A stretch of 64,000 bases of DNA from assembly GCF_964204645.1 (NCBI RefSeq), contig NC_134027.1:8030485-8094484 (forward strand). Direction: 5' to 3'. Shown here one piece after another: positions 53,501 through 61,191 of this stretch; position 1 is the stretch's first letter, and every line of letters starts with the position of its first letter. The translations under genes were made by a program, and so were the position numbers. Below the pieces are notes generated by a model, which was given only the letters and a program-made list of their open reading frames with translations, ran no database searches and was not told where the DNA came from. The DNA comes from Tubulanus polymorphus (lineage: Eukaryota; Animalia; Nemertea).

Positions 53501-56350
53501 TGCGTAGATTTTTTGTTCGTGAAAGATGTTAATTCAGTGGCTGTTTTTAAATTTCAGATGACACCGACACAGATAAAGCAGAAAATATACCTGACCAGCA
53601 AGAAAAACCGAGTAAAGATGCGGAAGCTGAAGTGGAGGCTGTCGAGAGTGGCGATAAATCTATGGAAACTGACGATGCGGACAAACCAGATGAATCTGAG
53701 GACAAAGAAGAGAAAACAGATGCAGAAGAAACGACCTCGACGAGTCGTCCTAAACGACAGGGTAAAGCTCCTGAAAAATTCAGTGATAAACCTGAAGCGG
53801 TTTCGACGTCTCAAAGGTAAGTTAACATAGATCTCTTGATTATGGTACAATAGTTTGGTGAATTGTGATAACATCAATGTACGGTATGCCAGTAGCTTGT
53901 TGACTTGGAAACAATATTTACCCTTGTATGCGCGTGAAAGCTTTCAAAACAATTCATTCTCTACATCTTGGTGGTTTTAGCGGGTACGATCGTGTGAGGT
54001 TCATCGCGCGACCGTGGATGAAACCGGAAGGCCTCATCAATAAACCGACATTGAAGATGATGTTAGAAGGGTTGATGATGTATATCATGTCGAATCCGGG
54101 CATCAAATTCGGCGATTTGTGTGAAAAGTTAAACCCTATCTTGCAACCAATGTGCATCATTGAATTAGTTGAGGTTCGTTTGTCATTAGATTTAATCTTA
54201 TATCACTAATCACACTTTAATCTTATTCATTTTGAGAGTAGATTACTTTCAAATGTTTTTCTGCATTCATTGTTAACCAGGGGCCAGTTGCTCAGTCATG
54301 ACTTAAGTCCAAAAGCGGTCTTATATCTTAAGACTGGTTTTAAGTTGTTAGATTGGCTACAGAACTAATTTCGTCTTGGACTGGTCTTAAGTACAAGCCA
54401 TGACTATGCAACCGGCCCCAGGGTTTGGTTTCGTAGATGTGGAAGCAAAATAATTCCTGGGAACATTGTGAAATTTGTCAGTTATAACCATGGTTTCTCA
54501 CAGTTACTTTATGGTGGTTGTCACCCAGATTGAGTATTTACCCCTCGGGGTGACTTTGATGCGCAGTCTATGAAACCAGGCCCTGGTATATACTGCTTTC
54601 GAAATACACAAATCACCTCATTTTCAATGAATTTGTGGCACTGAATTATTGATACGCTGTTACATATCATTTGCAGGTTTTGGAGAAGATTGGATGCATC
54701 AACCGTATTAACATCGTAAAGCCAACGCATGGCACGTCATTATTCTCAAAGAGACTTCCAGTTACTGCCAGTACGTATATGCTCATTCTGTTGGCAATAA
54801 TTTCATTTAGCTGATTACGATATTACATTTCATCTGAAGATACCTTCCTGTACAGGTTGTGTACATCTCACAATTTCAAAATGATTTGAGAGGATCCATT
54901 TTTATAGCTAATTGAGTAAGAAGAAAGAAATCATCTTCTAAATGATTATCAGCTTCAATTTCACCAGATGTCCAAAAATCAAATCTGCGTTCATTCATTG
55001 ATTCGATTTTGCGCATATTCTGCGTACGGAACGTGTCAATTATATTTGTTGGCTTTTCACCAGCTGGGAATATAATCAAATTATATTACAATACCGTTAA
55101 ACTCTGGTAAACTCATCATGGCAGTGAACATGTTAATATCATTACTCCCCACCACCGGATGATCGAATTATAAAGGGATCTATTGCCCATACTGTTCAAT
55201 TGAATCAGCAAACTACAATATTCAGTTTTAACCATATTAGTCAACGGAAATTATGGTGTCTGTCAGAATCGGTCGATGCGCCACATATCTTGTATCGCTA
55301 CAGATGCACCTATCATAATAGAATTTCACCGTTCTGGGGCAGACAATGTACAGAAATATTCTCAATTACCGATGGTAATAGTTTAGTTCTGTCGAATTTC
55401 TGACATGACTTGGCTGTAAATTGCTTTTATTTTCTGTCTGGCAGACAAATGATGTTAAAAATTTCATCTGGCAATACATGTATATGTTTCATAATACTAT
55501 ATATGTGTAGTGAATTTTATGTAAGCTTTAATGGAGCAAAAGATTCAAAATCTTGTTCTAAGGCACAATACTGAGTAGTTTATTATCATATTTTTTAGGT
55601 GACATTGAAGATGATGTCAATTGTGCGTTCAGTCCTTCGAGCGATTGCGCTCAGCGTATAGGTGCCTTTATAACCGCTCATCTGGAAACCGGAGAGGAGT
55701 CCATCATCGCTTCGGTGATTCCTCTGGCACGCCGTAAAGTCGAAACGGAAAAACCCAGCACGACATCGTTGAACCAGCTGAGCGATTTAATCAGCGGCGC
55801 TAGCGGAAACCGTAACAAACCGGACGCCGACGCCGAAGTAATCGAGATCGAAGCTGTCGAGCAGCAGGAAGCGTTGCCGGTCGAAGGGCAGTACATCATA
55901 CAGGAAGACACCGAACCGAACTCGATTCCTATCGTCGTAGAAGAGCACGCCGCCGATCCCGAGGTGATCATGGTTCAGAACGAGCTCGATCAACATCAAC
56001 AGCTCGAAATCGCCGGATACGACGGCGGAGCCCAGACCGTCTACGTGACCAACGCCGACGAATTGCAACAATATATCCGCGCTGAAGCCGACGGGCAGAC
56101 TGTTTATCTGCAGATCGTTCCCGCTCAAGATGAAGATGGTAACGTCGTTATTGACCCCGAAACCGGACAAGAGGTGCTCTACTCGGTACCGATGGATGCT
56201 GCTAATCCGATGGTCGTGTCTGGTGAACAAGGAATGCATTACGTCGTCGATTCCGATGAAACAGGAATACAGCAACAACAGTATGTTTTAGTGAATGAGG
56301 ATGCAGAAGGAAATATCATCTCTACTTCAGAACCAATGGATATCAATTGA
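606..56350 (+). CDS. GTF3C1: General transcription factor IIIC subunit 1 (TFIIIC220/tau138 homolog), 40 coding exons, ~2163 aa
   Basis: GT-AG, phase-consistent exons: 606-657, 794-1005, 1489-1643, 1721-1846, 1942-2068, 2270-2452, 2661-2779, 2911-3014, 3132-3345, 3675-3775, 3935-4013, 4130-4242, 4452-4546, 4634-4777, 4870-5139, 5345-5497, 5584-5653, 5929-6017, 6109-6300, 6405-6582, 6811-6982, 7065-7126, 7223-7459, 7557-7639, 7743-7841, 7976-8089, 8210-8316, 8397-8562, 9932-10057, 10142-10212, 10375-10555, 10644-11348, 11470-11526, 51752-51871, 53258-53315, 53403-53462, 53558-53816, 53981-54173, 54677-54770, 55599-56350 (sum 6492 nt). Motifs match recalled vertebrate GTF3C1 in order: [88 protein letters not shown] few boundaries have in-frame alternatives. 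Confidence 0.93.
4304..4404 (+). ncRNA. Candidate intronic box C/D snoRNA
   Basis: Terminal stem ACTGGT/ACCAGT, C-like box ATGTTGT, internal ATGATTA (C'-like), and CTGA D box next to the 3' stem. Target not identified. Confidence 0.3.
8678..9737. mobile_element. Non-autonomous DNA transposon (hAT-like, CAG termini) in GTF3C1 intron 28
   Basis: 16-bp TIR CAGTGCTTCATCTAGC/GCTAGATGAAGCACTG, many subterminal GCCCT motifs, imperfect TSD (GCCTATA/GCTATA), no transposase ORF. Confidence 0.75.
9823..9863 (+). ncRNA. Minimal type-I hammerhead ribozyme (Penelope-type)
   Basis: CAC-CTGATGA-A-GCTTCTA(TTCAT)TAGAAGC-GAAA-GC-TC-GTG: intact core, 7-bp helix II, palindromic AGCT helix III, helix I CAC/GTG, then AATAAA. 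Confidence 0.7.
13796..13964. mobile_element. Degenerate PIF/Harbinger-like MITE (GTGATCGCGGCT-end family)
   Basis: Shares the ...GGTCACGGCT terminus and GGGCCAAAT/TTTGACCC motifs with copies near 25055, 29493, 33105 and 48273. Confidence 0.45.
19510..20170 (-). mobile_element. Highly decayed RTE-clade LINE, RT C-terminus and 3' end
   Basis: Broken frames give [31 protein letters not shown] (cf. EMWFLRRMLRISW) and ..TWRIILK. Many stops and frameshifts. Confidence 0.4.
20557..20811. mobile_element. hAT-like MITE (CAGGGTGG...TGGCCATCCT)
   Basis: Short TIR, AAAACCTGAAAAACT subterminal repeats, and core ATGAATTGTAACATTTTAA shared with 47262-47728. Confidence 0.55.
21276..22960. mobile_element. 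Older MITE interrupted by the 1.5-kb element
   Basis: Inverted ends ACATCTACACCGCAGTGT (21281) and ACACTGCAGTGTAGATG (22940) flank the younger insertion. Confidence 0.5.
21434..22928. mobile_element. Young non-autonomous DNA transposon with ~265-bp TIRs and apparent AT TSD
   Basis: 21434-21698 is a near-perfect reverse complement of 22664-22928. Both ends are flanked by AT. No transposase ORF inside. Confidence 0.9.
24593..24658. repeat. Minisatellite, ~16-bp unit CCGCCGCCCTCTAAAA x4
   Basis: Direct tandem repeat read from the sequence. Confidence 0.85.
24770..25020 (-). mobile_element. Decayed RTE-clade RT core fragment
   Basis: Across frameshifts: KGLQRGYIA (cf. KGVRQGCILSP), [14 protein letters not shown] (cf. 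GIKIGGRNINNLR) and SVEEAQTL. Confidence 0.4.
25055..25351. mobile_element. PIF/Harbinger-like MITE copy
   Basis: Terminus ATGTGGTCGCAGCT|TAT and family motifs (GGGCCAAAT, CGGGTCAA). Confidence 0.5.
26112..26314. mobile_element. Two adjacent CWG-flanked Harbinger-like MITEs
   Basis: The first part resembles 47540-47618 and 54281-54418 (TTAAGACC..GACTTA.GTCACGACTGTG). The second is the reverse complement of 52321-52433. They join at CCAGG. Confidence 0.6.
28480..29200 (-). mobile_element. Decayed RTE-clade LINE, endonuclease end and linker
   Basis: N*IDLISISN (cf. NQIDYILIS), GSHK (cf. GSDH), KKTQNQW, and [27 protein letters not shown] (cf. EVExAIxxLKxxKAxGxDxIxAELLK). Confidence 0.4.
29493..29620. 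mobile_element. PIF/Harbinger-like MITE copy
   Basis: TIR AGCTGCGA../..ATGCAGCT. Core CGCTCTCTAATTAGGCACGGGCCCGAATTTGAC is shared with the copy at 33160. Confidence 0.65.
33105..33321. mobile_element. PIF/Harbinger-like MITE with duplicated right end
   Basis: Two successive termini CGTGTGATTGCGGCT (33240) and CGTGTGATCGCGACT (33321). Core shared with 29493-29620. Confidence 0.6.
33682..33707. repeat. Perfect short palindrome GATCATGGACTC-AA-GAGTCCATGATC
   Basis: 12-bp stem with a 2-nt loop. Confidence 0.8.
35673..36365 (+). mobile_element. L2/CR1-group LINE 3' fragment interrupted by a MITE
   Basis: [29 protein letters not shown] [MITE] [13 protein letters not shown], then an AAGCGCCTTCGAG..GGCTCTGTACAAAT stem and a CAT-repeat-like tail typical of L2 3' ends. 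Confidence 0.7.
35786..36210. mobile_element. Young PIF/Harbinger MITE with TTA TSD
   Basis: ~38-bp TIR AGGTAGGGGCACACGAGCGTATTTTTTCGCCCGATCGC with a matching right end. TTA on both flanks; GC-rich, self-complementary interior. Confidence 0.9.
37777..38212 (+). mobile_element. Helentron-associated non-autonomous element (HINE/DINE-1-like)
   Basis: T-rich start, subterminal IR TTCTCGGGGTTC/GAACCTGAGAA, (GTCT/GTGT)n microsatellite, TCGATCTTGATGAAACTT core, short 3' stem-loop. Confidence 0.6.
42906..44354 (+). CDS. Rhodopsin-class peptide GPCR, FMRFamide-receptor-like, 482 aa, intronless ORF nested in GTF3C1 intron 33
   Basis: Seven hydrophobic helices. Motifs: GIIGN (TM1), YLGALAVCD (TM2), [10 protein letters not shown] (DRY variant), [43 protein letters not shown]-terminal NST/NYS sequons, CCC after helix 8, Ser/Thr-rich tail. 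Confidence 0.95.
   Translation: MDLNDFSPEMLAAFLNPNSNSTGGELKLMLGNYSCLELQLLSLSADVMSQEEVFKRKVIKYYLMGIVGLIVCALGIIGNIVSFVVIIKLGMRTTSTYIYLGALAVCDSLVLIFTTMMVTKDVRYPERNKPEWMATPNDGDPYPYMFPYVHSFDVMFQVTAIWLTLAFTTDRFIMICHPFSAEKLCTPSRAWKVTAGLTLAGLVYNLPRFFEYKTIAMVICDVRTVNAGFTEFGKSGTFRMLFHSWFYLIFVCGVPFLALAIMNSFLIVAVHESRRRGREICAAERKRNDTTIMLIGVIVIFFICQVPALVSRMLWAFNPDLSSTPLYILNEVCNFLVILNSAINIVPYYFFGKRFRKQFWKLFCCCVVNRLVAMRRLSLSNTNLENSGVNTTCTNGTVVQMSSVPKKKPSELMSRNSSSTALLQHQDSGSLSSAGRSNQSSPTTLKNEAELNGNYKDKSSEMPLISVKPQLKDNTDCADVML
46013..46056 (-). ncRNA. Hammerhead ribozyme (minus-strand arm)
   Basis: Exact reverse complement of 46141-46184. Confidence 0.7.
46141..46184 (+). ncRNA. Minimal type-I hammerhead ribozyme (Penelope-type)
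   Basis: TACGC-CTGATGA-T-GGCTAA(TAGTCT)TTAGCC-GAAA-CGTT-GCGCA: core intact, 6-bp helix II, palindromic AACGTT helix III, helix I CGC/GCG. Confidence 0.7.
47262..47728. mobile_element. Three-level MITE nest: hAT-like host > CWG MITE 47501-47690 > CWG MITE 47540-47618
   Basis: The host shares its core with 20557-20811. Middle TIR CCGGTTTTATAGACTAGTATT/AATACCAGTCTATAAAACCGG. Inner TIR GGGTCGGTTGCATAGTCATG/CACGACTGTGCAACTGGCCC, flanked by CAG/CTG. Confidence 0.8.
48273..48526. mobile_element. PIF/Harbinger-like MITE copy
   Basis: Ends AGCCGCAACC../..GTGTGGTCGCGGCT with TA-rich flanks. Confidence 0.6.
48870..49036. mobile_element. MITE-like repeat (AAACATGTTT family), copy 1
   Basis: Aligns with 50644-50835 (AGGGAAACA..TCAAACATGTTTG.TCTCG..CGTAAA..GAAACATGTTTCC). 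Confidence 0.55.
50099..50243. mobile_element. CWG-flanked Harbinger-like MITE copy
   Basis: Collinear with 54422-54582 (TAGATGT.GAAGCAAAA..TGAAATTTGTCA.TTATAACCAT..CAGTCTATGAAACC.GGCCC). Confidence 0.7.
50644..50835. mobile_element. MITE-like repeat (AAACATGTTT family), copy 2
   Basis: Aligns with 48870-49036. Confidence 0.55.
51752..56350 (+). CDS. GTF3C1: GTF3C1 3' exon block (coding exons 34-40)
   Basis: Acceptor TTTGCAG|[26 protein letters not shown] matches recalled human [50 protein letters not shown] matches the C-terminal conserved block. Stop at 56348-56350. Confidence 0.9.
51912..51966. repeat. 18-bp tandem repeat AGATTGTATGCATAGGTG x3
   Basis: Direct repeat in GTF3C1 intron 34; the third copy has a 1-nt deletion. 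Confidence 0.9.
52106..52512. mobile_element. Harbinger-like MITE with a nested CWG MITE (52321-52433)
   Basis: TIR AGCTACGTCTACACTAGCT..TACCCGGGTT / AACCCGGGTA..AGCAAGTGTAGACGAAGCT. The inner element is the reverse complement of 26184-26312. Confidence 0.75.
54281..54582. mobile_element. Tandem pair of CWG-flanked Harbinger-like MITEs
   Basis: CAG|GGGCCAGTTGCTCAGTCATG..CATGACTATGCAACCGGCCC|CAG|GGTTTGGTTTCGTAGA..TCTATGAAACCAGGCC|CTG. Confidence 0.8.
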
Positions 56351-57519
56351 ATAAACTTGTCATATTTTTCCTAGATATCCAATCGACTGCTGTTTTTAAC
56401 TTGATTGATTTAATGAAATCAAGTATTATATCAGGGATGTCATAGGAATTCATGGAAGAAACTGATAGCAGATCAAGAAGATATTGTCCAATATTGAGAT
56501 CATGTGCCTGATGTACACATTGTATATATTAATGTATATTTCAAGTAATTCATACCAATAATATTTATAGATCCACAATGTTTATAAATATTCATTTAAC
56601 CATTTCTTTGGTTATTTTAAAAGAATTTGGTTCGAAAGTTGAATTATGTTTAGCTGTTTTATTGCGTTTGTACAGATTGAATTAAGAAATGAGTACAGCA
56701 TTTTCAGATTTGATTAGTGTTCATATTATAATGCTTTTGATTCCTGTTCATAATAGCAGCCCTTGGTACAAATAAGCTATATAAATGTTGTAATGAGGCA
56801 GGTGATTGGTTTCATTGAAGTTTTTATGCAATAAAAAGTTGTCTCAGTATATACTTGTGTAATGTATTGGGTATATATTTTGCATACCGGTATTCAATAC
56901 TTAAGAGCTTAGTCCGGGATACTGAAGTCATTATCTTGCAAATACAGTGGAAACTCGTTGCAACTAACTTAAGGGGACCAGAAAATTTGTTCTTTTCAAT
57001 CAATTCTTCACTATCCACACATATCAAGTATGAAATTTTGATTATTTTTCATATTGATGAAAATCTTTGATATGTTATACATAGTTGAGTTTTGTTATAA
57101 TGTGGTTCCACTTTATTTTTGTACTCGTTTGATATTGCTGAATGATTCTGACTTAAATCACCCTGGCATGAGGACTCCTTTACAAAATGGATATTTCACC
57201 AGTTGGCCAATTTACTGCCAGTTCGGTTTTACAGTAGACTCTTCCTTACTCGTAAATTGCGACTGCCAAGATTATTACACCTATTACAGGTTATCAAAGA
57301 AGAATTGAGAGTTCCAACTCTCAATTGGTAAAATACTTCAACGTATTGCTAACACATTCACAAGCCATTGTTAACAAGAAAGGACGATTCTACTGTAACT
57401 TGATGCTTGACTCTTCGAAGACCACAATTATTAGAAAAAGAACCACAAAAAACAAAGAATTGTTTAGAATTCCGTTTGATCAATCATATATTAGAGGTAG
57501 ACAATGTAGACAATGATAT

Positions 57520-60136
57520 TCAAATGAGATTCATATCGCTTTGAGTTGGTAGATAACTAATCACAGAAAGATCCATATTTTGCCCGAGGTAAATTTGATC
57601 CGAGCTGGGCTGTTCGTCGCCGCAATAGTTCTGTACATTGTGCAGATCGTTCATATCGATAAACGAAGGCGGGAGTAAATTGTCCGCTTCGACGTCGGTT
57701 TTGTCGGAATTTCCAGTCGGAGATTCGGCGTGGAAACGTTTGTGATGACGCGACAGCGACGAAGAGTCCGCGAAACACTCGTCGCAATGTTTACACCTAT
57801 GAGGCTTCTCTCCGGTGTGTAGATTCATGTGTTCCTGCAAGTAAGTAGCGCGCGTGAACGTCTTCGCGCAAAAACAACACAGATGAAGTCGGTCGCCGGT
57901 ATGTGATAACTTGTGTCGTTCCATATCACCTAAAATAGCCAAACAAATAACTCGTACTCAATTCACTGTCTATGTAGTTCGGTTACAAAAATGAATATTA
58001 TATACAGATACTGTCAACCCCGATATACTGCCCAAATTGGTGCAGAACGATTTTGGCTGTATAGAGAATATGCCGGTATATCGGGGGTGTTTTACTATGA
58101 AATAAAAGATGTAAATTGAGAAAACCGGGCGGTAGATGGGGGTGGCGGTATATCGGGGGTTGACTGTATGTACCTTTAGTAACGAATTCTCGGTTGCAGA
58201 CGTCGCAACGAAAATCTTTCACCTGCAGGTGACGTTTCTTATGCATGATGAGATTCGATTTCTGACGAAACGTCTTGCCGCACAGATCGCATAGATGAGA
58301 TTTTTCACCCGTGTGAATTTTCAGATGATAATTCAACGAAGCGCGCTGCGTAAATTTGGCGTCGCATTTCGTGCAACTGTAACGACGAAAATGAGATATC
58401 GTTTAAACCTTTAGTAGTTTTAGGGAGTTTCAAAGGAGAAAATTTCGAGGAATTGTTCACATCGTATTCATATCCCAATTAACAGTAGACTGCTCCTAAA
58501 TCGGTACTGTTTATCTAGGTAAACCGTTAATTCGTTGGTTCTGTAAGTTAACTTCTATCTGTCACACTACTAAACTCGTTTTCTAATTTGGTAACTGCCT
58601 GATTGGGTAAAGAAATATCCTGGTTCCAACTGTATTGATTTAGGCGTAGTCTACTGTACAACTTCCTAAACTAATTGCCTATTTCTCAAAATCGAAGAAG
58701 TTTCTCGCATTTTGCTCAAAGGAGTTTGAAGCGCCTTCAAAAGCATTTTCTATTTAGAAGCAGTTTCTAAGTAGTCTAGTTGTAGGGACCCTGTCTTAAA
58801 TTCAAAAACTGAAACCTTTCTGAATTAATGCGGGGGAGGGAAGTAATTCACCTGTATGGCCGTTCGCCTCTGTGAGAACGCATATGAATCGTCAGTGCCA
58901 CTTTACTTGATAGATGCTTCGAACATTCGGGACATTTGACGAAACTTTTCTCAGGATTATGAGCGCGTCGGTGATGACGTTTCAGGTTAGCTTTCGTGCG
59001 ATACGTTTTTCTGCAGATCTCGCATACCAAACCATCGATCGAGTCTACAACATAACGAAATATCTAAAAATCAAATCACTGGTAACTGGTTCAAAATAAA
59101 CTAATCACCATTTATATTATAAACTTCTGACCGTAGTTCCACAGGTTTGAATTAATGGCAAGGTCTATAATCTACCATCAGTGGAACTACGTCCTCGATC
59201 TTACTTTGTTTTATTATCATATAACACAAACCTTTTTTATTACTGGATTCGGTTTTTTCTCCTACTTGTTCTGAAACTGGTATCGGTAATCGTACAACAT
59301 GAATAGTCCGGACAGCACCACCATTGTGGTTCTCCGCTCCATTCAATAATGTCAGATCTGACTTGACAGAATTTTCTGGCTTTTTCAATTCCCGAAGAAC
59401 ATTCTTCTCTTGAGCCTGAGAACTAGTATTATTGTTGGCTCTATTTAGTTCATCCAATTTTAAAGTGTCAAACTCTAAAAACTCTCGATGATCTAATTTT
59501 TTTATACTTTCTAAACCAACAGTTTGTTCAGTTCCGTTATCGTCTTTTTCTGTCCGTACAAAAATATCGGGTTCTAGATTTGAATTATCGGTGTTAATTT
59601 TCAATGCGGATAATTGTTGTTTGTCCCGCAAAATTTTGATTTCATTACACATGAATTCTGTCATCTCTTGCCAATGCAGCCATGTTTTCAAACGCAATGA
59701 TGGTGTCATTAAGTGGAATAACGTGAAGCATTCAGATAGCTGAAGTAAGAAAAATATTAAAAGGAATTCAATCAACAAAAAGCAAATTGGTACCCCGGCC
59801 TCACAATCATTTACTAATTACAAATTAAGTATATCAATCAGAAAACCAGCTCCAATTATTTATTTCATTAGTCATACAAAGTGATTAGTCACAATTTGTG
59901 CTGGGACCTAAACAGCTAAACTGCTAAACCAATGCGAATGGGAAGTAGGCCTAAATAAGAACGAAAGAATTGTCTCCGCGAAGAAGTCCAATCCATCCAG
60001 TTCCCTGCTGGAACTGCTCTGTGGTTGAATAATTTTTCCTATTGGGCACATACTACTTGTCATGGCTACATTACATATTTCAACTAACCTTTTGTTTGAA
60101 CTTCAAAAAACACAGGTTTTCATCTGAAATATCCAT
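57520..60136 (-). CDS. C2H2 zinc-finger protein, 7 fingers, 5 coding exons, ~453 aa
   Basis: Exons 60136-60089, 59739-59232, 59044-58852, 58376-58174, 57929-57520 with GT-AG junctions and matching phases (1362 nt). Fingers begin CEIC, CPEC, CTKC, CDLC, CDVC, CCFC, CKHC, with HTGEK/HRGERP linkers. The first exon is the least certain. Confidence 0.9.
58011..58166. mobile_element. Tc1/mariner-type MITE (TA TSD) in a zinc-finger gene intron
   Basis: TA|CTGTCAACCCCGATATAC..GTATATCGGGGGTTGACTG|TA. Confidence 0.8.
58483..58656. mobile_element. Tc1/mariner-type MITE in a zinc-finger gene intron
   Basis: TIR CAGTAGACTGCTCCTAAATC / GATTTAGGCGTAGTCTACTG|TA. Confidence 0.7.
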
Positions 60137-61191
60137 GATATATTTCCAAGGAAGACAAAATTTAATTGAATTGAGTAAAATTCAGCTGAGAGACCGTATG
60201 GTGCTGCCACCAAGCTAATCCATGAATTCAATAAAATCTTTATTGTACAGAACTTTAATTTTCATTATCGAATCTTCTCAATAAATAAATTATCTAAATC
60301 GAAATGAGTCTAAATTTATTGTTATTTATGCTCTCCGGAGTGTTAATGATACTCCCGCTGATGATCCTAAATAGAAATATACATTCGCTGGCCGGTGGCC
60401 ATCGCCCTGCCAATCGGACCGTGAACTATTCTCCCTATGTATGTTTCAGTGGATTGTACATAGATTTGGCAATAACAGACATTAATTGCACATATTAGGA
60501 AGGCTACCAAATGACCGAACCCGAGAGTCTTTCTGCCCTGGATCACAAAAGTGAAGTCAGATTGAAATACGCGAGAAATGGACATTACCCGTGAACCGAT
60601 CCCGTTCAATTCGATCTGACTAGTTTTCAGTTCTATTCTTCACCAATGAACTATGATTTTGGGTAGGCTACAAAGCATCGCAGAGTGACTTAGCCATCGC
60701 GTCACTTCCAGGACTTCTAAACACAATGAAGATTCCCGCAACAAAGTCATTGCTATCTAACTGTAGACTATCATCTTATCTAATGGTATTTAACAGAGGA
60801 TCCTCAATTTTTGAGCATCCGATATAACAGAATTTGGTGAAAATCGAAAGTTTATTAAGTCCGCATTACAAACAACAAATCCAGGATTATGAACAAGTAT
60901 AAAAAGAATGTGAACTAATGAAAAAGCTGAGAATCTACACACGGTTCGACAGCATGAACCAATTATGACCGGTCATAGTCGATCTCCAAAATGAACAAAT
61001 ATTTTCAAATTATATACATGCACTATATATTTGAAAAGGATCACATGTATGATACATGGTGGTTGGGTGAATTACCCCGATTTAATTCCGATAAAAAAAT
61101 GTGAAGCAACTGTAAGATTAATTGCTAAAAGCAAACTTTTATTTTCATATATAGCACAGTTTTATTGGGAATTCCGACAAAAATGAAAATT

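Noticed and set aside
54833-54870. CTGAAGA followed by an ACCT/AGGT hairpin
   Set aside because: No GAAA after the hairpin, so not a hammerhead.
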